A stretch of 64,000 bases of DNA, taken from assembly GCA_965116885.1 (NCBI GenBank), contig OZ220741.1, positions 4,832,001 through 4,896,000 of the forward strand, written 5' to 3'. Made by a program: the position numbers and the translations under genes. The notes below the pieces were generated by a model. It saw nothing but the letters and a program-made list of their open reading frames with translations, made no database searches and was not told the DNA's origin. The DNA is from Candidatus Latescibacterota bacterium (GTDB lineage Bacteria; Latescibacterota; UBA2968). Below, piece after piece: positions 52,323 to 63,900 of this stretch (position 1 is the first letter of the stretch; the number at the start of each line of letters is the position of its first letter).

Positions 52323-53327
52323 ATGCAAGCCACAGCACTCATCGCCCATGAGGGTCCTACCTTTGCCTGTGAAGACATCATTCTTCCCGATCCACGCCCC
52401 GACCAAATCGCGGTACAAACCCGGTATTCCGGCGTCAGCATCGGCACTGAATTTGCCGCCATCACCCGAAAGCTCGACTACGGTCCATATCCCCTGTGTA
52501 CGGGCTATCAGGCCGTCGGCACTGTCGAACACGTCGGCAAAGACGCGACCGGCTTCGCTGTTGGTGACCGCGTCTATTACCGCTGGAACCGCGTTTTCTC
52601 CCTCGCTTCATCTGGTCAGAAAGTCTCTGCCAGCCAGGGCGCGCACACCTCTGCCGCAGTCCTGGACACACAGGGACCGCGAGCCTTTGTCGCTCACCTG
52701 CCCAAAGGCGTCGATGAAGCCGCCGCCAGCTCATTTGTCATGCCCGCCGTGGGACTCAACGGCGTGGATATGGCCAACCCCCGAATGGGTGACCGCGTTG
52801 TCGTGTACGGCTGTGGCCTCGTGGGTCTGGGCGTCGTCGCTGCATGCAGCCACCGGGGCTGTGAAGTCATCGCCATAGACCTGGAGGCCAACCGCCTCGA
52901 CATCGCGCAAAAACTCGGCGCCGACCACCTTATTCAGAGCGCGGATGCAAATCAGGCTGTCCGCGACATCGCCTCCGACGGTGCCGATGTCGTCTTCGAA
53001 TGCACGGGCATACCCGCCTGCATTGATCCGGCCATCGCCCTTTGCCGCACCCATGGAACCTTCATCCTTCAGGGCAACTACGGTCGCCACCCCATCTCTT
53101 ACAACTTTTTACCGCCCCACGGGAAACGCCTCACCATGTACTATCCCTGCAACGATGGCGAAGCCCCCTGCCGCCGCGCCGTCATCAAAAACATGAGTAC
53201 TGGTGTTCTTCCCTGGCATCACACCATCACCCATGAGGTCGCGTCTTCAGATGCACCGAAGCTCTATCGCGATATCCTCAATGGCGAAGCCAAAAGCGTT
53301 GTCGGTGCCGTCATCAGGTGGTTCTAA
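52323..53327 (+). CDS. Zinc-type alcohol dehydrogenase-like (MDR) protein
   Basis: SGVSIGTE, GYQAVG, GCGLVG, DVVFECTG. Confidence 0.85.
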   Translation: MQATALIAHEGPTFACEDIILPDPRPDQIAVQTRYSGVSIGTEFAAITRKLDYGPYPLCTGYQAVGTVEHVGKDATGFAVGDRVYYRWNRVFSLASSGQKVSASQGAHTSAAVLDTQGPRAFVAHLPKGVDEAAASSFVMPAVGLNGVDMANPRMGDRVVVYGCGLVGLGVVAACSHRGCEVIAIDLEANRLDIAQKLGADHLIQSADANQAVRDIASDGADVVFECTGIPACIDPAIALCRTHGTFILQGNYGRHPISYNFLPPHGKRLTMYYPCNDGEAPCRRAVIKNMSTGVLPWHHTITHEVASSDAPKLYRDILNGEAKSVVGAVIRWF

Positions 53328-53343
53328 AAAAGGAGCAATCACA

Positions 53344-54396
53344 ATGGACAACTTAAAAGTTGGAATTATCGGTCTGGGTGGCATTGCCCGGTCCCACTGC
53401 GATGCCATTGAAACTCTGGACAACGTCGAAATCGTCGCCGTTGCCGACCTCATTGAGGAAAAGCGCCGCGAATACATGGGCAAATACGACATTCCCAAAG
53501 GCTATCCCTCCCACACCGACCTCTTGAAGGACCCCGAAATCAATGCGGTCGCCATCACTCTGGGCCACCAACTCCACCATCGCCTCACCGTTGATGCCTG
53601 CAAAGCTGGCAAACACGTCCTGGTAGAAAAACCCATGGCGATCAGCCTGGAACAATGCGACAACATGGTCGCTGCTGCCGCCGATAATGGGGTCAAACTC
53701 ATGGTCGGCCTGACACAGCACTACTATGGCACCAGCATAAAAGCAAAAGAAATACTGGACTCTGGCGCACTGGGACCCGTCATCACCGCCGTGTGTTACA
53801 TGTCCAAAAACTGGAGCTACGCCGGTCGTCGCCCGCAGTACCGCAGCCGATACCACGGCGGGGGCATGTGGTTGACCAATGGCGTACACGTAGTAGATCG
53901 CCTCACCTGGATGATGGGCTCACAGGCAGTATCCGTCTCAGCCGCTATTGGAACCCGCGCCCACTATCAGGCCGCAGATGACTCTGCCACGGCCTTTATC
54001 CGTTATAAAAATGGTCTGGCAGGCATTGCCGTAGCCGTTGGCTTTGCAGATGGCGCGCCCGACTACGAATGCCAGGTTATCTGTGCAAATGGCACATTGC
54101 GCTTTACCGAACACGGCGACAAATACGTCAAAGTCGGAAAAAACAATCAATGGGAAAGCGTCCCTTTCGACGAGCCGCCCTCGACCATGCACAACGAGTG
54201 GAAAGCCTTTGCCGAAGCCATTGCCCTGGACATTGAACCACCCACCCACGGCGAATGGGCGCGTCACATTATGGAAATTCTATTCGCCGCCGAACAATCT
54301 GCCATCACCGGTCGAGAAGTCGCATTGGAAAGCGGACCGGGCTGGTTCAACCAGCGCTCTGGCTCGCCCGTGACAACGCAACACGGCTGGATATGA
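53344..54396 (+). CDS. Gfo/Idh/MocA oxidoreductase
   Basis: GIIGLGGIA, GKHVLVEKPMA, GGGMWLTNGVH. Confidence 0.9.
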   Translation: MDNLKVGIIGLGGIARSHCDAIETLDNVEIVAVADLIEEKRREYMGKYDIPKGYPSHTDLLKDPEINAVAITLGHQLHHRLTVDACKAGKHVLVEKPMAISLEQCDNMVAAAADNGVKLMVGLTQHYYGTSIKAKEILDSGALGPVITAVCYMSKNWSYAGRRPQYRSRYHGGGMWLTNGVHVVDRLTWMMGSQAVSVSAAIGTRAHYQAADDSATAFIRYKNGLAGIAVAVGFADGAPDYECQVICANGTLRFTEHGDKYVKVGKNNQWESVPFDEPPSTMHNEWKAFAEAIALDIEPPTHGEWARHIMEILFAAEQSAITGREVALESGPGWFNQRSGSPVTTQHGWI

Positions 54397-55487
54397 AAAT
54401 TTTATTTGTCGCGCAGTATGGCCCCTTAGCTGCCAGCAGCCGCACGCGGGTTTTCGATTATTTGCCCCTGTTGCGTCGGGCGGGTGTCACCTGTGATGTC
54501 AAAGTCGTGACCCCCGATGACCTGGTCAAACGCAATACCAGAGGCATTTTTTCACGTCTTTTGTATTATGTATTGTCCTATTTACGCACCTTATGGACGG
54601 GATGGGTTTGCGTGTTTACAGCACCGAAATACGACGCCATACTGCTTCAAAAAGTGTTATTTTCATTTCCCACACCGCGCCTGTTGCGCCGATACAGACA
54701 CAAAATATTCTTCGATTTCGACGACGCCATCTTTACACTCGAAAACCCCAACGCGGGATGGGTCAATCAGTTGCGAACCCGGCGGCGCGCAATGGGCGTA
54801 CCCGCGATGTTGCAAACCGCACACTGCGCCATCGTAGAAAATGCCTATACCGCTGAATTTGCAGCCCGTTATTGTCCTCGTGTTTCGCAGATCACGGGGC
54901 CCATTGATACCACACGTTATATCCCTAAAAAAAAAGCGGTGGATAAGAAAGTCGTATTGGGATGGATTGGGAGCCAGTGGACAACGCGGTATTTGGACCT
55001 GATACGAGACCCATTGGTCGCTCTCGCGCGACAATATCCCAATTTGGAATTGCGTTTAATTGGTGCGGGTGATTTTGATGTACCAGGCCTGCAAATCGCG
55101 CGCCTGGACTGGACACTGGAAACCGAAGTTGCTTATTTGCAGACATTTGACATTGGCTTGATGCCCCTACCCAACGATCCTTTTACGCGGGGTAAAGGAG
55201 GGTACAAACTGCTGCAATACATGGCCTGCGGATTGCCCGTAGTGGCGAGTCCTGTCGAAATCAACTGCGAAATCGTCACCCATGGAAAAACCGGATTTTT
55301 GGCCGGGGCAGACGCCGAGTGGATCGAATTTTTGGGTACATTGATCGAAAATAAAACCCTGCGCAATCGCATGGGGGCTGCTGGTCGCGCTCGTGTGATC
55401 GCGCATTACGCACTCGAAAAAAGCAGCGAACAACTGCTCGCCCTTCTGCAGCGGAGCATACGCCAATGCGACACGCTTTCACAGTAG
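54393..55487 (+). CDS. GT4-family glycosyltransferase
   Basis: FDFDDAI, GWIGS, GKGGYKLLQYMACGLPVVASP. Confidence 0.9.
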   Translation: MKILFVAQYGPLAASSRTRVFDYLPLLRRAGVTCDVKVVTPDDLVKRNTRGIFSRLLYYVLSYLRTLWTGWVCVFTAPKYDAILLQKVLFSFPTPRLLRRYRHKIFFDFDDAIFTLENPNAGWVNQLRTRRRAMGVPAMLQTAHCAIVENAYTAEFAARYCPRVSQITGPIDTTRYIPKKKAVDKKVVLGWIGSQWTTRYLDLIRDPLVALARQYPNLELRLIGAGDFDVPGLQIARLDWTLETEVAYLQTFDIGLMPLPNDPFTRGKGGYKLLQYMACGLPVVASPVEINCEIVTHGKTGFLAGADAEWIEFLGTLIENKTLRNRMGAAGRARVIAHYALEKSSEQLLALLQRSIRQCDTLSQ

Positions 55488-56293
55488 ATGTCGAAGATTG
55501 GTATCAGGGCATCCCGATCTCCAAGCAGATGTCCGTGCAAAGCGAGCCACGCCTTGAGAAAAGTTGCCATCGCTTGCTCGATATAATAGCAGAATACGAT
55601 GTTCGCGGCACATTCTTTATTCTGGGACCAGTAGCACAGCAGTATCCCGACTTAATACGTCGCATAGCCGATGAAGGTCACGAACTGGGATGCCACGGTT
55701 GGTCTCACGATCTGATCTATGAAATGACGCCCGAGCAATTTCGAGAAGAAACACAGCGGGCTACTGCTGTGATCTCCAATATAGCGGCACAACCCGTAAC
55801 CGCCTATCGCGCGGCCTATTTCTCCATTACAGCGCGATCATTGTGGGCTCTGGATATTTTGGCAGAACTCGGCTTTCAGCATGATTCGAGTATTTTTCCA
55901 GTGCATAACTGGCGTTATGGGATTCCCGATTTTGATTTGGCTCCCCGTATTGTAAAAACTGCCTCAGGATCAATTTGCGAAATTCCAATATCTGTGCGCG
56001 AAGTGGGAAAAATGAGATTGCCCGTAACCGGAGGCGCGTATTTCAGGCTATACCCCTATTTTGTGAGCCGCGCAAATATGCGAGCCGTGAGCAAAAAACA
56101 GCGGGCTGTAGTCTTTTATCTGCATCCGTGGGAACTCGACCCCGATCATCCACGGATTGCATTTTACTGGAAGGCGCGTTTGACGCACTACGCCAATTTG
56201 AAAGCAACAGAGCCTCGATTGCGGCGATTATTGACCGATTTCTCTTTTTGTCCGCTGCGCGAAATTGCAATGCAAATAAGAAAAGATAAATGA
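55466..56293 (+). CDS. Polysaccharide deacetylase with DUF3473
   Basis: FTVDVEDW, HELGCHGWSH, GGAYFRL, YLHPWELDP. Confidence 0.9.
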   Translation: MRHAFTVDVEDWYQGIPISKQMSVQSEPRLEKSCHRLLDIIAEYDVRGTFFILGPVAQQYPDLIRRIADEGHELGCHGWSHDLIYEMTPEQFREETQRATAVISNIAAQPVTAYRAAYFSITARSLWALDILAELGFQHDSSIFPVHNWRYGIPDFDLAPRIVKTASGSICEIPISVREVGKMRLPVTGGAYFRLYPYFVSRANMRAVSKKQRAVVFYLHPWELDPDHPRIAFYWKARLTHYANLKATEPRLRRLLTDFSFCPLREIAMQIRKDK

Positions 56294-56473
56294 GGTCATC
56301 GGAACCCATCTGCGAGCGGCATGTTTCGCTTTAGGTTTCTGATTGCCTTTAAGCATTCGAGACCTTATATTTAGATGTTTTTGGGTGGGGACTGTGTCCT
56401 GGGATGTATAAAGAGTGGGGATTGTATTTGTCGGAAGATATGCCCTGCTCGGCAATGGGAAAGGAATGAATAC

Positions 56474-57448
56474 ATGAGGTTTTTGGTTACGGGCGGTGCG
56501 GGTTTTATTGGCTCACATCTGGCCGAACGGCTTTTGAAACAAGACCACGAAGTTTATGTTTTAGACGATCTTTCAACCGGAGATCTGGACAATGTGCGGC
56601 ACCTCGAAGGGAATCCGCGGTTTCAAATGAAAGTGGGTACAGTGCTCGATCCAGAGACACTCAGACCCTTAGTCGAGTGGAGCGATGTCATTTATCATCT
56701 CGCGGCGGCTGTGGGGGTGAATTACGTCATCAACCACCCATTGCAGTCTTTGACCACAAATATCCGGGGCACCGAACTCCTGTTGGAATTGGCAAACAAA
56801 AGGAAGAAACGAGTACTTTTGGCATCGACTTCAGAGGTTGCGGGAAAGAAAAACGGCAAAGCGACATTTAGTGAAGACGACGACCGCTTGTTGGGACCAA
56901 CAACCGTTGCACGATGGAATTATTCAACCTCTAAAGCCGTTGGTGAAATGCTGGGATTGGCTTATTGGCGAGAAAAAAAATTGCCTGTAATCATGGTGCG
57001 ATTTTTCAATGTGATTGGTCCCCGGCAAAGCCCAGAATACGGCATGGTAGTGCCCCGATTTATCAAGCAGGCATTGTTGGGACATCCCATTACTGTATAT
57101 AACGATGGCGAACAACGGCGGTGTTTTACCGATATAGAAGATGCTTTAGATGGATTGACGGCATTGATGGAAAACGACCAAACGCCGGGTGAAATTTTCA
57201 ATTTGGGCGGTAATCACGAGACCAATGAGATTTGTATCAAGGGCCTCGCTGAAAAAATTAAAGTGCTGACGGAAAGTGATTCACCCATTGAATTTGTGCC
57301 TTATGAGAAGGCATTTGCAAAGGGTTCTTACGAAGATCTCAATTATCGCGTTCCCGATTTGACCAAGATCAAAAAATTAACGGGTTATAATCCCACAATC
57401 AGTTTGGATACCACATTGCGGCGCATTATTGAATACTACGAATCGTGA
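56474..57448 (+). CDS. NAD-dependent nucleotide-sugar epimerase/dehydratase
   Basis: VTGGAGFIGSH, YSTSK, RFFNVIGPRQ. Confidence 0.9.
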   Translation: MRFLVTGGAGFIGSHLAERLLKQDHEVYVLDDLSTGDLDNVRHLEGNPRFQMKVGTVLDPETLRPLVEWSDVIYHLAAAVGVNYVINHPLQSLTTNIRGTELLLELANKRKKRVLLASTSEVAGKKNGKATFSEDDDRLLGPTTVARWNYSTSKAVGEMLGLAYWREKKLPVIMVRFFNVIGPRQSPEYGMVVPRFIKQALLGHPITVYNDGEQRRCFTDIEDALDGLTALMENDQTPGEIFNLGGNHETNEICIKGLAEKIKVLTESDSPIEFVPYEKAFAKGSYEDLNYRVPDLTKIKKLTGYNPTISLDTTLRRIIEYYES

Positions 57449-57518
57449 TATCCGCTTTATTTTTATGATAATCGGCGTTTGCATTGCCCATCGGGAAGTG
57501 TAAACGCCAATTTTTGTT

Positions 57519-58667
57519 ATGAACCGACGCCCCAAAATACTCCATACCATGACCTGGCTTGCACCCGGTGGCGGCGCAGACCGAAATGTGTATCTTTCAA
57601 TGAAAGACATGCGAAAGGATTACGAGATTCACCTCGCCGTTGGGCAGCAAATCGAGCGGGACGATCTGTTAAAACTACACGGAGTAGCCACGCATATATG
57701 CCCATATTTAGACCGGGAAATCAGACCCTGGCGCGATTTTCGAGCACTGCTGTGGTTTATGCGATTGATTCGCCGCGAGCGATTTGATCTGGTTCACACC
57801 CATGAAAGCAAAGCGAGTTTGCTCGGACGCCTCGCCGCGCGATTGGTCGGCTGCAAACATATCATCTACGGGCTTCACGGTGTGGTGTTTAACGATCCGG
57901 GTAGTTATATCAAACGGCAATTCTACATCGCACTGGAAAAAATGACGATATGGGCTTGCGATTTGATCATAGCCGTTGGTCGAGACACAGTTCGGCACTA
58001 TCATCGGGAAAATATCGGTCGCAAAATTCCCCATCAGATCGTTTACAGCGGCATCGATGTTACGGAATTTGAAAGGCGTCTGGACAACGCAAAAAAAGAC
58101 GCATTTCGGCGCGACATAGGCATTCCCGACAACGCGCCCGTACTCGTCAATATCGGCCGTTTTTCACCTGCCAAGGCACAGCATTATACGATTGAGGCAT
58201 TTGCCAGATTGCAATGTCCCGAAGCCAGATTGTTATTGGTAGGTGAAGGCCCCGAACGCGTGGCTTGTGAGCGGCTTTGTGCCGAGTTGGAAATTGAAGA
58301 CCGTGTCATTTTTGCGGGATTCTTCCAGGATATTACACCTGCGTATGCGGTTGCCTCTGTGCATGTCCTATCCTCTTTGCGCGAGGGCTTGTCCGGCGTT
58401 GCTGTAGAGGCATCCCTCTCGCGAGTGCCCACAGTATCGTTCGAAGTCGAAGGCATACGAGAGGTTGTAACACATGGGCACTCGGGTTTTGTCGTACCAC
58501 AAGGCGATATCAAAGCGATGGCGACGTATTTAAAAAAACTGATCGGAGACTCTCAGATGTGTCACACATTTGGAGAACGCGCATACCAGCACGCGATTGC
58601 GCGATGGGATCACCGCGTTATGGTGAAAAAATTGGATGCAATTTATCGACAAAGGCTCAAAAGATGA
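57519..58667 (+). CDS. GT4-family glycosyltransferase
   Basis: VHTHESKA, GRFSPAK, SLREGLSGVAVEA. Confidence 0.9.
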   Translation: MNRRPKILHTMTWLAPGGGADRNVYLSMKDMRKDYEIHLAVGQQIERDDLLKLHGVATHICPYLDREIRPWRDFRALLWFMRLIRRERFDLVHTHESKASLLGRLAARLVGCKHIIYGLHGVVFNDPGSYIKRQFYIALEKMTIWACDLIIAVGRDTVRHYHRENIGRKIPHQIVYSGIDVTEFERRLDNAKKDAFRRDIGIPDNAPVLVNIGRFSPAKAQHYTIEAFARLQCPEARLLLVGEGPERVACERLCAELEIEDRVIFAGFFQDITPAYAVASVHVLSSLREGLSGVAVEASLSRVPTVSFEVEGIREVVTHGHSGFVVPQGDIKAMATYLKKLIGDSQMCHTFGERAYQHAIARWDHRVMVKKLDAIYRQRLKR

Positions 58668-59365
58668 AATCGCGCAAAGTGGGGTACGACTGCCCCAGCA
58701 GTTCATCAACGCGAGCTGTCGGGCAGTTTTTTGATATTTATGCAAAAAACTTTGATGCGCTCTACGGGCATACAGGACATCGAGGCGCGCTCGGCAGATG
58801 GGTAGATCGCACATTTCGGCAGGTGATGGTGCGGCGTTTTGAGGAAACGCTTCGGCATACAGAAAAGCCAGTGATCCATTCTGTATTAGACATCGGGTGT
58901 GGCCCCGGACGATATACGACTGCATTTGCTCTTCAGGGGAAAGAAGTCGTGGGGGTAGATATTGCCAAAGAAATGCTAAAAATCGCACAGGACAATATCG
59001 ACGCGCTCAATGTGACAGCAGACCTCATTCTGGGCGATTATCTATCTATTCGTTTTGATCGGGTATTTGACGCGGCGTGTTTGATGGGGTTTTTTGATTA
59101 TATTGAAGACCCCGTACCGGTTTTGAAAAAATTGGCAGCAGAAGTGACGGGCGAGTTCTACGCGAGCTTTCCAAAATCGGGCGGTATTTTGGCGTGGCAG
59201 CGGCATATCCGATACCGCCTGCGAAGATGTCCGCTGTGGTTATACAGCAAACGAGATGTTGAAGACGCACTAATTGCAAGCGGCTTTGCCGGATGCTACA
59301 AAATTCGAGATTTTGGACGCGATTGGTATGTGGTCGTCCAAATACAGAGCACAACCGACATCTAA
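58664..59365 (+). CDS. Class I SAM-dependent methyltransferase
   Basis: VLDIGCGPG, GVDIAKEML. Confidence 0.85.
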   Translation: MKSRKVGYDCPSSSSTRAVGQFFDIYAKNFDALYGHTGHRGALGRWVDRTFRQVMVRRFEETLRHTEKPVIHSVLDIGCGPGRYTTAFALQGKEVVGVDIAKEMLKIAQDNIDALNVTADLILGDYLSIRFDRVFDAACLMGFFDYIEDPVPVLKKLAAEVTGEFYASFPKSGGILAWQRHIRYRLRRCPLWLYSKRDVEDALIASGFAGCYKIRDFGRDWYVVVQIQSTTDI

Positions 59366-59396
59366 CTCGTGAAAGACCTGAGCCAGTTTTTTTCTT

Positions 59397-60920
59397 ATGT
59401 CAAAAGGTCTCACATTTTTTAAATTATACGCCATGGCGGCCTTTGCAATACTAACCTGGATCGCTTCGGGCATATCATTATTAGACGATGATTGGGGCCA
59501 TCTCAAATTGGCGTCCAAAGGCGTTGTCTCCGCTTTGACAACCGGATGGGAGGGCCTGATTGGACAAGGGGGATATTATCGCCCGGCAGTTGTTTTATCG
59601 TTTTATCTGGACTATTTAATCGGCGGTTACGCGCCCGCGATTTATCACATCCACAATATTTTGATTCACGCGGGATGCGCGTATCTCGTTTTTTTATTTG
59701 CGCGATGCCTCTCCATAGACTCCTCGGTGGCCTGGGGCGCCGCGCTTTTGTTTTTTGTGCTACCCATTCACACCGATTCCATTTTCTGGATTGTTGGGCG
59801 CACGGATCTCTTGTGTGCGTTATTTTATCTAAGCGCATTAATTTTATTTTTTAAATATATGCAACGCGGTTCCACCGGCGCGCTATTGGGGCTTGCCGCT
59901 TGTAGTGCACTCGCTTTTTTGTCCAAAGAAATGGCCATTTCCCTACCCATCGCACTCGCTGCCCTGGTCGCGTATCGCAAAGCCTGGAAAACAGTACAGG
60001 CGCAGCGCGGATTGGCGGTTGTCTGTATCGTATTGCTGGTGTATTTTGGCGTCCGATGGGTCGTGCTGGGCAGCGTATTGGGAGGAACACCCCGCGTATC
60101 AATTATAGATTGGGCACGCGACGGCGTAAAAGCAGTGGCAAAATTTGGGATGAGTGATATCTGGTGGCTGGGCATTGCGCTGGTGGTCGGAAGTGCTGGG
60201 ATTTTTATTTATCAATATGGTCGCGGCATCTCACACAAATTTTGTCGCCCATTCGCCTTGGTCTTCCTCCTCGGCGCGAGCCTCGCCCCGACATTGGGAC
60301 ATTTGCACAACTGGTATTTATATTTGCCCTCAGCCTTCTTTTGTCTGGGTATCTCTACTATCTGGCTAAATAAAAAACAGCCGATTCTCTGCTATCTCTT
60401 CGCCGTTCTAATCCTGTATTACGGAGTGGTGATCGGACGCGAGGGCTTTTTCTGGCGCGAGGCTTCGCAAATAAGTGAAAATGTGATTGCCAATTTGATG
60501 CCCCACGCGCGGGCAACCACCGGCACATTATTCGTCTGCAACGTACCCTCGGCGTGGACCCCTTCTGGCGCATTCAGCGGTAAACCGCTATTTGCTTATG
60601 CACTCCAAAATGCACTTGCCATGCGCTCACCCCAATCATTGCAAGCTGAAATTGCAATGGTGAATCACGTCTGGCTGACAGGTGATTTTGCGTATCGCAT
60701 TCACAGGACAAATACGGGGTTTGATCTGGCGATTGCAAAAGGCGGCTTCTTTTCGTTTCACAGCAAGGGACAGGGACAAACACCGCCTTTTGCCATTGAC
60801 CAGATGTGGGGCCGCGTAACGGTACACGCAACCGATTCTCTCTCAATCGCGCTGAATATGCAACCGGGGGATCGCGTGGTAATTTACAACAAAGGTGAAT
60901 TTGAGAAATTGTGGCCATAA
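59397..60920 (+). CDS. GT-C-like multi-pass membrane glycosyltransferase
   Basis: DDW, YYRP, HTDSIFWIVGRTD, LSKE motifs with TM helices. Confidence 0.7.
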   Translation: MSKGLTFFKLYAMAAFAILTWIASGISLLDDDWGHLKLASKGVVSALTTGWEGLIGQGGYYRPAVVLSFYLDYLIGGYAPAIYHIHNILIHAGCAYLVFLFARCLSIDSSVAWGAALLFFVLPIHTDSIFWIVGRTDLLCALFYLSALILFFKYMQRGSTGALLGLAACSALAFLSKEMAISLPIALAALVAYRKAWKTVQAQRGLAVVCIVLLVYFGVRWVVLGSVLGGTPRVSIIDWARDGVKAVAKFGMSDIWWLGIALVVGSAGIFIYQYGRGISHKFCRPFALVFLLGASLAPTLGHLHNWYLYLPSAFFCLGISTIWLNKKQPILCYLFAVLILYYGVVIGREGFFWREASQISENVIANLMPHARATTGTLFVCNVPSAWTPSGAFSGKPLFAYALQNALAMRSPQSLQAEIAMVNHVWLTGDFAYRIHRTNTGFDLAIAKGGFFSFHSKGQGQTPPFAIDQMWGRVTVHATDSLSIALNMQPGDRVVIYNKGEFEKLWP

Positions 60921-60933
60921 AAAAGGTACGATC

Positions 60934-63900
60934 GTGAAAGTTTTCTGGCATAGCATCCCTGCAATCACTTTGCTAATCGCGACGAGCATCGCACACGCGG
61001 GAGACGTGCGCGTGGTGGCAACGGGAGAAAACTGGGTGGAAATTGTAGTGGGTACATCCGACTTAGTCGTCACCTCAGAGTCTCCTTATGATCGCATAGA
61101 CGTACCGGGATGGATGTGGTTGCACCAACCAGGGGCGCCTGCAGTACCCGTGCGCGGAGCAACATTGGGCATGCCTTATGGTTCGCGTGCGGTCGTTCAA
61201 GTGCTCGATGCAGACTATGAGGAAATCGAAGGCCTGGATCTAATGCCAGTGCCACAGATGCAGTTGTTGGGATCTGAACAACATCCATTTTCGAGATCGG
61301 CCTACCTGAAGGACGAAACAATTTACGACACACCGGGATTTTATCCTGGTGCAGAAGCCGTTATCGCGCACACAGGCGTCTTGCGCGATCAACAAATCGC
61401 GATTCTGTCATTGCGTCCAGTTCAATACGACCCCGTTCAGCGCAGGATTCGGATTGCGCGACAATTGCGGGTGCGCGTGTTATTTGTCGCGGATGAAACG
61501 CGCCCCCCTATTCGCCTTTTGAGAGACGCGGACGATTTTGAGCCCATCTATCAAAAGGGGCTGCTCAATCCCGAACAGGCGCGCTTTTGGCGCGGGCGAC
61601 GCATTCGCGCGACAAAACGCGTCCAGGATTGGTACGATCCCACGACCACGTACTACAAGATCAGAATTTTTGAAGATGGCCTCTACCGATTGGATGCGCG
61701 CTGGTTCTCCGAATCCGGCATTGTATTGGCACCGGGAGATTTGGATCGGTTGCAGATATTTTTAGACGGGGATGAAATCCCGCTACTCGTTGAAGATGGA
61801 GGAGATGGCGTATTAGATGAGGGCGATGGGGTGATGTTTTGGGGGGCATTTCGGCGCGCGCCAGATAGAGATTTTGAAAGCGAGTACGGCAAAGAGCGCG
61901 TCTATTTCCTGCGTATTGGTCGAGAATCTGGCACGCGATATAAACCAGCAGAAGACACGCCTACCGCCGACGCAGTCTCCACGCATTTTTTGTCGCGCAA
62001 ACACGTTGAAATCGATTCGATCTACGAAGCTCTGGGACATGCGCGAAATGCCGATCGCGATCACTGGTTCTGGCGGCGCACTGCATCTCCGTCGCGCCCG
62101 GGCGATATGCCCACAGACGTCGTAATGCCCGTGCCTTTGCCGGGGCTGGTGCGCGAATCAGGTAGCAATGCACAAATTCGTCTGGGCATGCATTCGTTGA
62201 CCCTGAACCAGAACATAAACCCCGATCACTACGCAGTCATACAAATTCAGGATGGCCCGCTCATCGCAGAAGAACGCTGGGATGGACAGGAAGCCCATAT
62301 CGCGACGGGCACAGTACCTGTATCGGCATTGTCAGATACCACATACGTGGTATTGCGAACGCCTGGCGATCCCTCGTTTCCACTTGAACCGGTTCCCTAC
62401 GTCGATCACGTGTATTTCAACTGGGTAGAGATTACCTATCCACGACGCTTTGAGGCCATAGATGGTATGCTGCGTTTTAATCCGGGCATTGTGCTTTCAC
62501 CGCGCGCGATTTCAATTCCCAATCTTGAACACGAACGGGCTATAGTCTTGAATTTGGACAAGAACAAGATCATCGGCACGGTGCGAGATGGCGAGGGAAT
62601 TCGATTTGAGATTGCTGAAGGCGGCAATTTTGTCGCAGTAGATGAAACATCGATAAAAACACCCGAACTCGCAAAACCTGATACACCTTATGATTTGCGC
62701 GGATACTCTGGCGCAGATTACGTGATTATCGCAGGTGCGGATTTTATGGATGCTGCCGAGCGTCTGGTTGCACATCGGCAAGCACAGGGATTATCCACAC
62801 TGGTAGTCGATATAGCCGATGTTTATGACGAGTTTTCCTTTGGACAAGTCGATGCCGAGGCCATTCGCCGTTTTGTACAATACGGATTTCACACCTGGAC
62901 AAAACGTCCCGTGTACGTCTTATTGCTCGGGGAATTCAGCTTTGATTATCGCAATTTATTTGGACAAACCCGGATTGCGCGCCACAACCTCGTACCGAGC
63001 ATGCCCTTTCAATCTCCCAACCGCGGTCTGGCATTTACCGATGAGTTTTTTGGGCGGGTGGATGATGGTTTATTTATGGATGTATTTGTGGGGCGATTTT
63101 CCGTGCGACGCGCATCGCAGGCCAATACAGTTGTGCAAAAAGTAATCGCTTATGACGAAACACCGTCGGCGCAATGGCGCAATCGCATTTTGCTAATGGC
63201 AAATTGGGATCCACAGGGAGGGACGTACAAATTTATCGCGCCGAGTGATACGCTGGCAACAATTACGCACGCTATCGGGCTGGAGAATTTCAAGGTATAT
63301 CACGACGCAGATACACCGCCCGAGCCCAATGCCTCATCCCGCGAAGTTATTCGGCAGATCAATGAGGGGCGTCTGATTGTGAATTTTATGGGACATGGCA
63401 GTGCCTCATCGATGTCCAAATTTATTGCCGGAACATTTCAGCAAGGGGCATTCAATTACCTGAGCCAAATACGAAACCGCGAACGCCTACCCCTATTTAT
63501 CGGAATGTCGTGTCTAAATGGTTTGTATTGGGACCCGCGCATCATAAGTTTAGCCGAAGAAATGACCAACAAACACGATGGCGGCGCAATAGCGTACATA
63601 TCTGCATCTTCCCTCTCTTTTATTCGCATTAACAACCAGCTCAACACCGCGCTATTCCGACATATACTCGAAGATGGCGTACTGGCTTTTGGGCACAGTC
63701 TCGCTCTGGGCAAAATGACCGAACTCGCCGCTCTCCCTTCGAGTGAATTGGGATTGGTGGGGATGAACCTGATCGGCGATCCCGCACAACAAATCGCAGT
63801 GCCGCAAAGCCCGGATTTTGTACTTGGCGATGCTGCGTTGCAGTTAGACCAGCAGGGGGAACTGACTACGGCGGACTCGGTTCGGGTGACACTCCGCGTA

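Noticed and set aside
56294..56473. 180-bp gap inside the glycan locus with GTGGGGA repeated twice; possible ncRNA or ops-like element
   Set aside because: No convincing stem, promoter or known motif was recognised.
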